DNA of 64,000 bases from an uncultured delta proteobacterium (GTDB lineage: Bacteria > Myxococcota_A > Polyangia > Fen-1088), in assembly GCA_963767925.1 (NCBI GenBank), contig CAVYGB010000002.1, positions 704,001 to 768,000 of the forward strand, written 5' to 3'. The position numbers and the translations under genes are program-made. Positions 21,105-33,420 of this stretch are shown piece by piece; within the stretch, counting starts at the first letter, position 1, and the number at the start of each line of letters is the position of its first letter. The notes beneath the pieces are model-generated. The model made no database searches, was not told the origin of the DNA, and saw only the letters and a program-made list of their open reading frames with translations.

Positions 21105-21790
21105 ATGCTCGCACCCGCTCCCCGTCTCGCTTCTCTCCGCTCCTGCCTGTCGATCGCCGCTCTCGTGGCGGCCGGCGCCGTCTCCACCGCCGGCTGTGAC
21201 ACAGCCACCGCCGCGGACGGATCACCGCTGCCCTCGGCCCCGCCGGTGGCGCCGGCCGGTCCCTTCGCGGTGGGCACCACCAGCTTCGAGGTCAGCGACC
21301 GCGACCACCCCGAACCGCACACCGAGGCTACCGACGACAACCGCCGCTTCGTCGTGCGGGCCTGGTACCCGGCCGCGGCGCCGGCCGGTGCGCCGGCGCC
21401 GTATTTCCTGAACGCGGCCGAGGGGGCGGCCAACGCGGCGGTGCTGGGGTTACCGGCCGACGCCTTCGAGGGGCCGGGCGCCTCGACCTGCAGCCGGTCG
21501 GCGTGTTCGGGCACTCGGTGGGCGTAGCCGCCGCGGCCGAGAGCTGCCTGGCCGACCCCCGCTTCGCCGCCTGCGCGAACCTCGACGGCAGCGTGGGCAC
21601 GGTGGTGGCGGTGGGCCCGGCCATCACCCGACCCTTCCTGCTCATGCGGGCCGAGGGGACGGTCGAGTCGACGCTGGACGGGTTCTTCGCCTCGCTGGGC
21701 GGGGTGGCCTACCAGCTCGCGGTGCGGGGCGCCGGCCACGACAGCTTCTCCGACGTGGACAGCCTGATCGAGCATTTGCGCGGCAAGGAC
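21105..21790 (+). pseudogene. PAF-acetylhydrolase-like alpha/beta hydrolase lipoprotein with internal deletion
   Basis: GPFAVGT...VRAWYPA is joined out of frame at ~21470 to LDLQPVGVFGHSVG...NLDG...GAGHDSFSD. Confidence 0.7.
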
Positions 21791-21794
21791 CTGC

Positions 21795-22131
21795 TCGAGC
21801 ACCAACTACGTCCGACCTCAACCGCTTCTTCGCCGCCCTGGTCGCCGGCCAGGTTGTCGCCCCCGCCCGCCTGCCCGCCACGTTCACCCCCGACCCGACC
21901 ATCGAGACCAACTACGGCATCGGCGTCTGGTCCTGGACCGACTTCCCCTGTGGCGCCTGGGTCGGCCACGAGGGCGCCACCTTCGGCTACGACACCTACT
22001 CTTACTCCCGGCGCGACGGCGGCCGCCAGGTGACGGTGCAGGTCACCTCCCTCACGCTGGACGACAAGGCGGGCGACGAGGCCGCCCACCAGGCCTGGTT
22101 CGACCTTATTCGCGCCGCCGCCTGCAAGTGA
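21795..22131 (+). pseudogene. Serine hydrolase (beta-lactamase-like) C-terminal fragments
   Basis: SSTNY, SDLNRFFAAL, YGIGV...VGHEGATFGY...AAACK* in shifting frames. Confidence 0.65.
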
Positions 22132-22146
22132 CCCGGCCCGACCAAC

Positions 22147-22192
22147 AGAAAAAGAGAAGGGGCGCTCCGCCGGCGATCGGCGGGGCGCCCCT
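22147..22192 (-). terminator. Rho-independent terminator
   Basis: GC hairpin 22158-22192 followed on the minus strand by a T-rich tract. Confidence 0.75.
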
Positions 22193-22218
22193 CGTGCGTT
22201 TCGCCGCGCTCCCCTGCG

Positions 22219-25200
22219 CTACCGCCGCCGGCGCCGCCGCCGGAAGAACAGCACCAGGGCCAGGCCGATCGGCACCGAGGCCTGCATCGCCTCGCTGGGA
22301 CGGTTGCGGCCCACGTCGCAGTCGCAGCCCCCCCCGCCCCCGCCGCGCCGGATGGCCGCATCGACCGCCCCGTCGCGGCGGGCGTCGCTGCCGGCCGGGC
22401 CGTCGAGGCGCCCGTCGCTGCCAGCGCCGTCGAGGCGCCCGTCGGTCGCGGCCAGCGCATCTCCGCTGTCACCACCCGGGCCGTCTCCCCCCGTCGCCCC
22501 GTCGGTCACCGGTCCGTCGCCGGCCGAGCCGTCGCTGACCGGGCCGTCGGTGGCCCCGCCGTCGGAAACCACGCAGCCGGCGATGATCACGTTCACGCAC
22601 CCGGTCGCCATCACACACGAGTCGGTGGTGCAGGGGTCGCTGTCGTCGCACGACCGCGCCGCGCCCGCCGTGCAGACCCCCGTGGTGCAGACGTCGGGCT
22701 GCGTGCACATGTTGCCGTCCTGGCAGGCGGTGCCGTCGGTCTTCGCCGGGTTCGAGCACACGCCGGTGGCGGGGTTGCACACGCCCGCGTTGTGACACTG
22801 ATCCGGCGTCGGGCAGGTCACCGCGCTGGTGCCCGAGCAGACGCCCCCCGCCTGGCAGGCGTCCGGCGAGGTGCACATGCTCGAGTCGTTGCAGGCCAGC
22901 CCCACCGTGCGGGCGCTGCAGGTGCCGTCGGCCATCGTCCCGCCGGCGGCCGCGCTGCAGGCCCGGCAGTCGGTCGTGACGCCGCCGCCGCAGGCCTCGT
23001 TGCAGCAGACCCCGTCGACGCAGAACCCGGCCACGCCACACTGGGAGGCCATCGTGCAGGGGGTCCCGCCGCCCACCCCGTCGGTGCGCAGGTGGGTCCC
23101 CAGGGTCTCCGCGTGCGACCCGTAGAACCAGGGGCTGTGCCGCCCGCGCAGCGTCCGCTGGGTGGGGTCGTATTCGAGTCGGGCCCGGAAGTGGTAGGAG
23201 GTGCTGCCGCTCAGCCCGGTCACCCGGCGGGTCATCGCGATGCCGGTCAGCCCGCTGCTGGTGAAGTCGGCGTCGATCACCGTGTCGTTGTCGTCGAAGT
23301 CGGTGCCGCGCGGCTTGACCTCCGTCTCCAGCTTGACCCGCGTGATCCCGAGGGGACCACTGGCCAGGATGGCGATGTCGAACGCGTTGACCGAGGCCGC
23401 CACGACGTTGCCCGGCTGCACGATGGTGCTGCTGCTGGGCCGCAAGGCCCGCAGCCGGAAGGGCCGGCCGTTCGTGTTGCCGAGGTGCAGGAGGGCCCGC
23501 CCCTCCCCCGCCTCGCCGCCGCTGAACCCGGGCGCCCCCAGGATCGCGTCGGTCACCCCGTCGCCGTTGACGTCGCCGGCGTTGGCCACCGCGCTGCCGA
23601 GCGCCAGGTTGGCCACGCCCCCCTCGATGATCTGCGAGACCGCGCCCGGCAGCGGCGTCCCCCCCGACAGGAAGACGTAGACCGCGCCCTCGTTGGTCTG
23701 GCCGTTGCTGTAGGCCGGCGCCCCCACCACCACGTCGGCGATGGCGTCGTGATCGAGATCGAGCCCACCGGCCAGGGACGACCCCAGGCGGGCGCCGTCG
23801 ACCGCCGAGGCGTACGAGTAGGGCACGTCGACGATGGTGGTGGCCCCACCTTCGTAGACGTAGACCGTGCCGGCCCCGCCGTTGGTGCCGGGCGCGCCGG
23901 CCGCCACGTCGGCGAACCCGTCGGAGTCGACGTCGCCGGCGGTGTCGACCGCGGCGCCGAACTCGGCCGCCGCCTCGTCGCCGTCGCGGATGATGGGCGC
24001 CGCCAGCCCGGCCGCCTGGCCGAAGTAGACGTAGATGCGCCCCTGACCGCCGTTGAAGCCCGGCGCCCCCACGACCACGTCGCCGCGGCCGTCGTTGTTG
24101 ACGTCGCCCGCCCCCGCCACCGCCACGCCGAAGCGGGCGTTGGCCAGGTCGCTCTCCACGGTGGCCGGGCTGGCGGTGATCAGCCCGCCCGGGCTGCCGC
24201 GCAACAGGTACACCCGACCTTCACCCGGCTGGCCGTTGGCCAGCCCGGGCGCGCCCGCCAGCACGTCGTGCAGGCCGTCGCCGTTGGTGTCGGAGGCCCC
24301 CACCGCCGTGCCCAGCAGGGCCCCCGCGACGTCGCTGTCGAAGGTGACCGGCGTGGTGGCGGCGGTGATGCCGCCGGAGGCCCCCGGGTACAGATAGATG
24401 CGCCCCTCGTCGGCCTGCCCGTCGGAGAAGTTGGGCGCCCCCACCAGGAGATCGCCGAAGCCGTCGCCGTTGACGTCCCCCGCCCGGGCCAGCGCCTCGC
24501 CGAACCCGGCGCCGGTGGGCCCGATCAGGGTGCCGTCGGCCGTCGTGTCGGGGCCGTTCGCCCCCCCGAGGTAGAGGAAGACCCGGCCGTTGTTGGCGCC
24601 CCCGAAGCTCGGCGCCGCCACCGCCAGATCGCCGAAGCCGTCGCCGTTCGTGTCGCCGGCGCCCGCCACCGCCAGGCCGAGGCCGGCCCCCGCGGTGTTG
24701 GCCTCGATGGCGAGGTCGCTGGCCCGCCGCAGGCCGTTGGTGTTGGCCGAGCCGAGCAGGAGGTGCGCCCGCCCCTCGTTGGTCTGCCCGTTGCTCAGCC
24801 CGGGCGAGCCGGCGACGACGTCGCCGTAGCCGTCGTTGTTGACGTCGCCGGCCGCGCCGAGCGCGCCGCCCAGGCTCTGGTTGGCCAGGGTCCCGCGCAC
24901 CACGCTGTCGGCCAGCGAGGCGTCGGTGAAGGCCGGCCCCCGCCCCGAGCCGGGGATCAGGTAGACCGCGCCAGCGTTGGCGGTGGCCCCGTTGTCCAGG
25001 CCCGGCGCGCCCACCGCGAGGTCGGCGTGGCCGTCGCCGTTGACGTCCCCCGGCCCCGCCACCCGGGAGCCGAACTCGGCCCCCGCCACGTTGCTCTCGA
25101 TGATGGTCGGCCCCGGCGCCAGGCCGCCCGCCGCGCCCTTGAAGACGTAGACCACCCCCTCGCCGCCCTTGTTGGCCGAGCCCACCGCCACGTCGGCGTA

Positions 25201-26892
25201 GCCGTCGCCGTCGAGGTCCCCGAGGCCAGCGACCGAGTCGACCTGGGCCCCGCCCTCGTTGGTCTCGAAGTGGTCGGTGGTCCCGGCCGCAAACGCCCCC
25301 GGCCGGGTCAAGGTGCCGTTGGCCGCGCCGAGGTAGGCGAAGGCCGCGCCCTCGTTGGCCTCCCCGTTGCCGTAGAGGGTCGCCGCCACCACGACGTCGG
25401 CCCGGCCGTCGCCGTTCACGTCGCCGGCCGAGGCCACCACCGCGCCCAGGCGGTGTCCCGCCGTGCCCGTGATGGTGTCGGAGGCGGTCGTGGACGGGCC
25501 GGTGTCGCTGCCGAGGTAGGTCTGGATGCGCCCGGCGCCCGCCGTCGAGGGGGCGCCCACGATGACGTCGTCGAAGCCGTCGGCGTTGAGGTCCCCCGCG
25601 CCGCTGGCCGCCGCCCCGAACAGCCCGCCGGCGACGTTCCCCTCGACGACCCAGACGGGCGTCGCGGGCAACCCGGCGGGCAGGCCCCCCAGGAAGACGT
25701 AGGCCCGCCCCTCGGCCGCCTCGCCGTTGCTCCAGTTGCTCTGGCCGATGATGACGTCGGCGATGTCGTCGCCGTCCACGTCCCCCGCCGCGGTGGCCGC
25801 GCTGCCGAAGCGCGAGCCGGCGGTGGCGGCGGGCGTGCCCCCGGCGTTGGTCCCCTGCGAGCTCCAGGCCGCCGTTTCGTCGAGCCCGGCCGCGTCGCCG
25901 AGATAGAGGAACACCTGGCCCGCGCCGTTGTACTCCGGGTAGGCGACGAGCACGTCGTCGAGGCCGTCGTCGTTCACGTCGCCCGCGCCCGAGACGGTCA
26001 TCCCGGTGCCGGCCGCCGCCAGGTTGCTCTCGACCGTCCACTCGGCCGCCGTCAACACGGGATCGACAAGCACGGGGTAGCGGGCCCCGGCGTCGTCGAT
26101 CTCGAGGAAGATCCCGCGCGGCCCCTGGCGCATGCGGGTGGGCAGATCCCGGCCGGTCGCGTCCTCGGCGACCAGCCCGGCGTAGTGGAAGCGGCGCCCG
26201 TCCCGCGCGGTCAACACCGCCCGCGAGGACCCCTCGGCCAGCTCGGTGCGGGCGCCGGTGACCTGGACCTCGATGCGCAGCCAGTCCGCCCCCCCGCCGG
26301 TCGCCCGGGGCGCCCGCGGGATGACGAAGCCCTGCTCGAGCCCGCCCGGCCGGTTCTCCCACCACTCGATGGCGCCGCCGGCGTCCCGCTCGAGGCGGCG
26401 CAAGCAGGCGCCCTTCTCATCGAGGGCGCCGTCGCCGCGGCACTGTCCGATGCGGAAGCGGCCGCCGGCCAGCGAGCTCGTCGCGCCCCCCCGCCCGAGC
26501 GCCACGCTGCGCACCGAGACCGCTGCCTTGCTCGGCGCCGCCGCCAGGGTGGAGATCGCGAGACCGTCCTCCTGCCAGATCGCGCGCAGCCGGTGCTGGC
26601 GGTTGGCGGCGGTGAGCTGTCGCCCCTCCTCGCGGATCCGGTATTCGCTGGCCTGGATGCGCGTCTGCACCTCCTGGAACCAGCCGCTGGTCGGTCCGGT
26701 CACGGCCGGCCGGCTGGCGCTCGGTCCCGCCGAGGTCGGAGCCGCCGGAGCGGCCGGCGGCGGATCCGCCGGGCGTCCGGGCTCTGCCGGGCCACAGCCA
26801 GCCGCCGCCAGGCTCGCCAGCAGCGACATCGTCGCGCCGATCGTCCCCAGCTCCCGTTTCCCCTTACCAAGGTCGTTGCGAGCGTCGCGCAT
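22219..26892 (-). CDS. Large FG-GAP (integrin-alpha-like) repeat surface protein
   Basis: Many AGDVNGDGxxDxxVGAP repeats, Cys-rich repeats, GCDC + TM + RRRRRRR tail. Confidence 0.92.
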   Translation of the reverse strand: MRDARNDLGKGKRELGTIGATMSLLASLAAAGCGPAEPGRPADPPPAAPAAPTSAGPSASRPAVTGPTSGWFQEVQTRIQASEYRIREEGRQLTAANRQHRLRAIWQEDGLAISTLAAAPSKAAVSVRSVALGRGGATSSLAGGRFRIGQCRGDGALDEKGACLRRLERDAGGAIEWWENRPGGLEQGFVIPRAPRATGGGADWLRIEVQVTGARTELAEGSSRAVLTARDGRRFHYAGLVAEDATGRDLPTRMRQGPRGIFLEIDDAGARYPVLVDPVLTAAEWTVESNLAAAGTGMTVSGAGDVNDDGLDDVLVAYPEYNGAGQVFLYLGDAAGLDETAAWSSQGTNAGGTPAATAGSRFGSAATAAGDVDGDDIADVIIGQSNWSNGEAAEGRAYVFLGGLPAGLPATPVWVVEGNVAGGLFGAAASGAGDLNADGFDDVIVGAPSTAGAGRIQTYLGSDTGPSTTASDTITGTAGHRLGAVVASAGDVNGDGRADVVVAATLYGNGEANEGAAFAYLGAANGTLTRPGAFAAGTTDHFETNEGGAQVDSVAGLGDLDGDGYADVAVGSANKGGEGVVYVFKGAAGGLAPGPTIIESNVAGAEFGSRVAGPGDVNGDGHADLAVGAPGLDNGATANAGAVYLIPGSGRGPAFTDASLADSVVRGTLANQSLGGALGAAGDVNNDGYGDVVAGSPGLSNGQTNEGRAHLLLGSANTNGLRRASDLAIEANTAGAGLGLAVAGAGDTNGDGFGDLAVAAPSFGGANNGRVFLYLGGANGPDTTADGTLIGPTGAGFGEALARAGDVNGDGFGDLLVGAPNFSDGQADEGRIYLYPGASGGITAATTPVTFDSDVAGALLGTAVGASDTNGDGLHDVLAGAPGLANGQPGEGRVYLLRGSPGGLITASPATVESDLANARFGVAVAGAGDVNNDGRGDVVVGAPGFNGGQGRIYVYFGQAAGLAAPIIRDGDEAAAEFGAAVDTAGDVDSDGFADVAAGAPGTNGGAGTVYVYEGGATTIVDVPYSYASAVDGARLGSSLAGGLDLDHDAIADVVVGAPAYSNGQTNEGAVYVFLSGGTPLPGAVSQIIEGGVANLALGSAVANAGDVNGDGVTDAILGAPGFSGGEAGEGRALLHLGNTNGRPFRLRALRPSSSTIVQPGNVVAASVNAFDIAILASGPLGITRVKLETEVKPRGTDFDDNDTVIDADFTSSGLTGIAMTRRVTGLSGSTSYHFRARLEYDPTQRTLRGRHSPWFYGSHAETLGTHLRTDGVGGGTPCTMASQCGVAGFCVDGVCCNEACGGGVTTDCRACSAAAGGTMADGTCSARTVGLACNDSSMCTSPDACQAGGVCSGTSAVTCPTPDQCHNAGVCNPATGVCSNPAKTDGTACQDGNMCTQPDVCTTGVCTAGAARSCDDSDPCTTDSCVMATGCVNVIIAGCVVSDGGATDGPVSDGSAGDGPVTDGATGGDGPGGDSGDALAATDGRLDGAGSDGRLDGPAGSDARRDGAVDAAIRRGGGGGGCDCDVGRNRPSEAMQASVPIGLALVLFFRRRRRRR

Positions 26893-27123
26893 GTATGTCC
26901 TTTCTCCCGCAGCGTAACAGCTACCGACCACCAGCGTCTCGCACAACCATCGTGGTGTCTCCGTGCCGCCCGACACATCCGCGGTGGCCCCCTAGAGAGC
27001 GCCCCTGGCTCGCTCCCCGCGGGCGGACGGCCTCGAGACCAGCTTGCGGCCACCGCGGCCACCATCGCCTTACATCGACGCAGGCATCGCCCGGGACGCG
27101 AGCCGATCGAGCCGCGCAGGCGA

Positions 27124-27790
27124 TCAGAAGAGCAGCGCGCGGGCGAACAGCCCGTCGGGATCGTACCGGCGGCGGATGTGCTGCAGGCGGGCCGCGCTGG
27201 CCGGCGACCAGGGCGCGACGAGCGGCGCGGTCGTGCGCGGCCGGTCGGTGAAGTTGATGTTGCTCTCGGGCGCCACCCAGGCGCCCAGCGCCCCGATCAG
27301 CCGGTCGGCCGCCGCAGGCAAGACGTCGTCGAAGCGGGCCACGTCCCGGCTGATCAGGCTGAGCGTGAACCCGGCCGCACGCCCGCCCGCCGCCGCCCGC
27401 GACGTCGGTGCGGGTGGCCCCGCCGAGGTGGCGCAGCTCGAGCGCCAGGAACGGTGAGCCCCGGCCAGGCCCCGCCTGGTCGATCACCGCCGTGGCCGCG
27501 TCCTGGTCGAAGCGCGACAGCAGCAGCGCCTGGATCCAGGTGGGCCCCGGGTCGGTGGGATCGCTGTGGATGCGCGCCACCTCGGCCAGCGGCAGGGGCC
27601 CCAGCCCGTCGAGGTAGACCGGCGCCGCCGCCCGCAGCGGCGCCGCCAGCCGCGCCCCCTCCTCGGTCGAGCCGGGGTAGGCGAAGCGCAGGGCCAGCAG
27701 CCGGCGACCGCGCAGCGGCGGCGGCAGCGCCTCGAGCGGCGGGAAGTCGGCGATCACCAGGCTGGTGGTGACCGCGTCGGGGCACGACCC
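27124..27790 (-). pseudogene. FAD-linked oxidase (BBE-type) C-terminal fragment
   Basis: LELRHLGGA, NINF, RLQHIRRRYDPDGLF; FAD-binding N-terminus absent; frameshift near 27380. Confidence 0.7.
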
Positions 27791-27951
27791 GCGCACGCCC
27801 GACCCGCCCACCAGCCGGGCGCGCCTCACCCTCACCGGATCGATCTGACGCCGGGGCCGCGCGGCGACCCCGGCGCCTTCACCGGAACGAGCGGCAGGGC
27901 CCCAACCTTCGCGGGGGGGGCCCTGCCCTTTCCGTCCGTTCTCGCCGCCCG

Positions 27952-29577
27952 TCAGTTCCCGCTGCTGATCGTGCGGGTGTTCAGGTCCTGCACCTCGCGG
28001 AAGCTGCCCTCGTGCGAGAACTCGGCGAGCTGGGCGGCCGACACCGGCAGCGGGTTGGCGTAGACGTGCCAGCGCACCCCCTCGCTGCAGGGGGGCGTGG
28101 TCAGCGAGCCGGAGTAGGACCAGCCGTCCTTGTCGGCCGGCAGCAGGGCCGACGGGTCGATGTTACCCGCCAGCGCGGTGGCGGTCTCGTCCGCGGTGTC
28201 CATCGCGGCGAACACCGGGGCCAGTGGGACGCTGGCGTCGTCCCCTTCCTCGAACATCACCCCCAGCACCGCCAGCTCGCCGTCGGCCGCCTTGTGCACG
28301 AGGTGCATCTCCAGCGGGGCCTGGTTGCCATCGATTGTGTGCTCGCTCTGGGCGTGGAAGTGGAACTGCAGCAGGTTGAAGTCCTTGCCGCCCAGGGTGA
28401 TCTTGTTGGTCCCCCCGGTGAAGTTGACCTGCACGGTGTGCCCGTTGTCGACGATGCTGGCGGGCGCCGCCGAATAGGAGGTCATCACCCCGTCGAGCGC
28501 GTCGGCGGCGACGGTGTCGGGGATGTTGATCGGCGACTGCTCGGCGCCGGTGCCGCAGCGGCTGTACTCCCCGCTGCCGAGGGTGCCCCAATCATCCTCC
28601 TCGGCGTACTCCCAGTGGGCGGCGGTGAAGGTGCCGTTGCCCGAGGTGATCGTCCGGGTGTTCAGGTTCTGCACCGGGCGGAAGCTGATCGCGTGCCGGG
28701 TGGTGAAGGCCGCGAGCTGGGCGGCCGAGACGTCCAGCACCGACGAGTAGACGTGCCAGCGCACCCCCTCGCTGCAGGGCGGGGTGGTGAGCGACCCGGC
28801 GTAGGTCCAGCCGTTGCGGTCGGCCGGCAGCAGGGTGGTCGGGTCGAGGTTGGCCGACAGGGCCACCGGGGTCGAGGAGGCCGCCCCCATCTGGTCGAAC
28901 ACCCCGTCGAGGGCCGCGTTCTCCGCCCCCGTCTTGTAGAGGATCCCCACCACGGCCAGCTCGCCGTCGGCCGCCCGGTGCACCATGTGCAGCTCGAGCG
29001 GGAAGGTTGCCCCGGCGATCGTGTGCTCGCTGTGGGCGTGGAAGTGGAACTGCAGCAGGCTGTAGTCCTTGCCGCCGAGGGTGACCTTGTTGGTGCCGCC
29101 CGTGAAGTCGACCTGCACGGTGTGGCCGTTGTCCTTGATGGTCCCGGGCGCCGCCGCGTAGGCGTAGGTCATCCCGGCCAGGGGCGAGAACTGCATCCAC
29201 TTCTTGATGTCGACCGGCGATTGCTGGGTGCCGGTGCCGCAGGTGGCATAACCGGGCAGATCGCCCCAGTGGCTGGGCCCCTCGTTCCCCTCGTACTCCC
29301 AGTGCGCCGCCGTCACCGTGTCGGAGCTGGCGTCGCCGCCAGCGCCGTCGGGCACGGCCGCGTCGGGGCCCGGACCGTCGGGCGACGCGGTGTCGGGGCT
29401 CGCGGTGTCGGGCGTCGCGGTGTCGATGCGGGTGTCGGCCGGTCCGTCCTTTGGCGCGTCCACGGCGGCGTCCGCCGGTGGGTTGTCGTTGTCGTCGCCA
29501 CAGCCGGCGCCGATAAGGACGCAGGCGATCACCGCCGCTGCCCGCATCGTCACGTCAAGCTTGCCTCTCGAAGTCAT
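27952..29577 (-). CDS. Lipoprotein with two tandem alpha-carbonic anhydrase domains
   Basis: Lipobox GAGC; QSP, NGHTV, QFHFH..SEH, ExHxVH and GSLTTPPCSEGV each occur twice. Confidence 0.95.
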   Translation of the reverse strand: MTSRGKLDVTMRAAAVIACVLIGAGCGDDNDNPPADAAVDAPKDGPADTRIDTATPDTASPDTASPDGPGPDAAVPDGAGGDASSDTVTAAHWEYEGNEGPSHWGDLPGYATCGTGTQQSPVDIKKWMQFSPLAGMTYAYAAAPGTIKDNGHTVQVDFTGGTNKVTLGGKDYSLLQFHFHAHSEHTIAGATFPLELHMVHRAADGELAVVGILYKTGAENAALDGVFDQMGAASSTPVALSANLDPTTLLPADRNGWTYAGSLTTPPCSEGVRWHVYSSVLDVSAAQLAAFTTRHAISFRPVQNLNTRTITSGNGTFTAAHWEYAEEDDWGTLGSGEYSRCGTGAEQSPINIPDTVAADALDGVMTSYSAAPASIVDNGHTVQVNFTGGTNKITLGGKDFNLLQFHFHAQSEHTIDGNQAPLEMHLVHKAADGELAVLGVMFEEGDDASVPLAPVFAAMDTADETATALAGNIDPSALLPADKDGWSYSGSLTTPPCSEGVRWHVYANPLPVSAAQLAEFSHEGSFREVQDLNTRTISSGN

Positions 29578-29825
29578 GGACGCCTCCCTGCCCGTGTTCG
29601 CTGCTAAGACACGCCGGCAGCAATGCCTCGAGCGTGCGCGCGTTCCATCGGAGGGTCGCGGCGGCGTTTTGAGCGCGCCGTCCGGACCGCGGGGAGATGC
29701 AGGTCTCGGCCTGACGACCGTGCCGATTCGGCGCCGGGGCCCGACGCGCGATCAGGGCTCTGCGGGGTCTGCGCCGCGATGGCCGTGACCGCCACCGGCG
29801 TGATGGCGCCCACGGGGCGCGCGGC

Positions 29826-31388
29826 TCACACCTGGCCGAGGGCGCTGCGGGCGCGGGCGATGAGGTCGTTGTCCCGCTCGCCGTTCGCCGGCAGCAGCGG
29901 CATGCTGGCCGCGAGGTAGCGCCCGCGCCAGGCGGGCGACACGTGGGCGTAGTCCTCGAGCGCGGCCGCGGCGAACTTGTAGTCGTGAGCCCCTCGCCCC
30001 TTGGCGATGGTGAGCCGGTTGGCGGTGGCGAGCACCGCCGGCGCGCCCCCGCCGCGCCCCTCGAGCAGGGCGAGGGCCTGGCCGGCGGCGCGCGCAGGAT
30101 CGCTGCCGATGGCGTCGAAGGCCGCCACCGCCGCCTCGGCCGGCTGGGCGCCCCGGGTGGGCACCCGCACGATCGTGTCGATGCGCGCCCCACCCTGGTA
30201 GCCGTCGTCGAGCTCGTCGCGGAACATGGCGAGGAAGGCCGGCGCCTGCAGCAACAGCAGGAGCTGCGTCTCGCGGTTGCCGCCCGCCTGCCCGCTCACC
30301 TGGTAGGCGTGGTGGAGGGCGTTGGCAGTGGTGAGCGCGTGCAGCGAGACGATCTCCGCATGCCGCAGCACCAGCTCGGCGGCGAACAGGAACAGCCCGT
30401 CCCACAGCGCCGCCGGCGCGGTCTTCGCTCCGAGCTGCGCGGCCACGGCGGCGCTGGCCTCCCCGGGGGTGGCCTTGCGCAGGGCCGCCAGCAGATCGCG
30501 GGTCGCCTCCGGGCGGGCCTTGCCCTCGGTCCAGTCGGGGCGGACCTTGGCCAGCCGGGCGAGGTTGTCCCGGAAGGGCCGATCGGCCGGCGCGTCCCGC
30601 CGGGCCGGGTTGCTCCCCTCGTGATCCAGGCAGGCGAAGGCCAGCGAGCGCAGCACCGGCTCGGCATGTTGCCAGCCGACCGTCTCGAGCGTGCGCCAGG
30701 CCCCCGCCGCGTAGATCGCCTTGTGGCCGATGTCGCGAAAGTCGCGGGCGCCGTAACGGAATATCAGATCGCGCAGCTCTTCTTTGCGGACCGCCCGGTG
30801 CAGCGCCACCATCGCCAGGTCGGCCGCCTCGGCGTCCCAGGCGTCCATCGCCTGCACGAACCGGACCCGGGCCTGGGCGGCCGGCGGCAGGCGGGCCGGA
30901 TCGGCCGCCGGCAGCCTCCAGCCGGCGTCGCCCTTGCGTCGCTTCGTCGCCTGCGACTCCTTGAAGGTGTCCATCGCCCACAGCAGCGGCAAGAAGCGAT
31001 CGCCGGCGGGCGCCGCCTGCGCCGCCAGGTGGGCGGAAGGAATGGCGAGCACGCAGTGGAACTCGAACCCCACCGGCCGGGCGCGGATGCTGCGCACGCC
31101 GGCCAGGAAGGTCGCGGCCAGCAGATCACGGTAGCTGGCCCCCGCCCGGATCTTCGCGGCGGCCGCCTCGATCAACTTCTCCCGCGGCGTCTCCTCCAGC
31201 ATCGCCACCAGCGGCTCCATGCCGCCCTCGAAGCGGACGGCGGCGGTCCGGGTCGGGACGGACGGCTCGGTGGCGGCGGCCGGGCGGGCCCCGCCGGTCA
31301 GCGCGTGCCCACCGAGACCGGCCAGCGCCCCGGCCAGGACGTGGCGGCGGCTGGCTCCCCCCTGGCGTCGAGTCGCAGGTTTGCCCAT
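29826..31388 (-). CDS. Tat-exported helical hypothetical protein
   Basis: SRRHVL Tat-like signal; His motifs FEFHC, DIGHKAIY, SLHALT, AHDYKF. Confidence 0.75.
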   Translation of the reverse strand: MGKPATRRQGGASRRHVLAGALAGLGGHALTGGARPAAATEPSVPTRTAAVRFEGGMEPLVAMLEETPREKLIEAAAAKIRAGASYRDLLAATFLAGVRSIRARPVGFEFHCVLAIPSAHLAAQAAPAGDRFLPLLWAMDTFKESQATKRRKGDAGWRLPAADPARLPPAAQARVRFVQAMDAWDAEAADLAMVALHRAVRKEELRDLIFRYGARDFRDIGHKAIYAAGAWRTLETVGWQHAEPVLRSLAFACLDHEGSNPARRDAPADRPFRDNLARLAKVRPDWTEGKARPEATRDLLAALRKATPGEASAAVAAQLGAKTAPAALWDGLFLFAAELVLRHAEIVSLHALTTANALHHAYQVSGQAGGNRETQLLLLLQAPAFLAMFRDELDDGYQGGARIDTIVRVPTRGAQPAEAAVAAFDAIGSDPARAAGQALALLEGRGGGAPAVLATANRLTIAKGRGAHDYKFAAAALEDYAHVSPAWRGRYLAASMPLLPANGERDNDLIARARSALGQV

Positions 31389-31539
31389 GTCGGTCCCTCC
31401 GCGGTTGAGATTGCCACCGATCGGGGCAGAGACAACGCCCTCGCACGACAGGGGCCCACCCCGGGGCCTCCCCCATCCCGCGGGACGCACGATCCGGCCA
31501 ACGCGCGGCGCCGCCCGGCGTCCCCTCTACAAAGAGACG

Positions 31540-31730
31540 GCTGCTCGAGGGACAGCCCGGCGTCTTGCAGCCGCTCCGAGGCGGCCTGCAGGCCGCTACC
31601 GAGGGCGTGGCGCACGGCCGCCCGGAACAGCTCCTCCTTGGCGGAGAAGTGCAGGTTCAGGCCCTGCCGCGACAGGTGGGCGGCGCGGGCCACCTCCTCC
31701 ATCGACGTCTTTCGACCCCGCCCACCTCGA
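31540..31730 (-). pseudogene. TetR family regulator fragment
   Basis: KTSMEEVARAAHLSRQGLNLHFSAKEELF HTH only. Confidence 0.7.
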
Positions 31731-31819
31731 GGGCCCCACCCCCTGGTGGCGCGCCGTCGGCCACGCCCCCGCCGACGCCACCCTCGCCCCCAGCGCCGTC
31801 CGCTGACCGTTCGAGCGCC

Positions 31820-33397
<1,578 letters not shown>

Positions 33398-33420
33398 CCC
33401 TCGGATACTATACAGCGGTG

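Noticed and set aside
22792..27771. Very long alternative ORFs (1659 aa here; also 27-3215, 29943-32744, 57095-59371)
   Set aside because: Antisense shadows of real genes in high-GC DNA, with no motifs.
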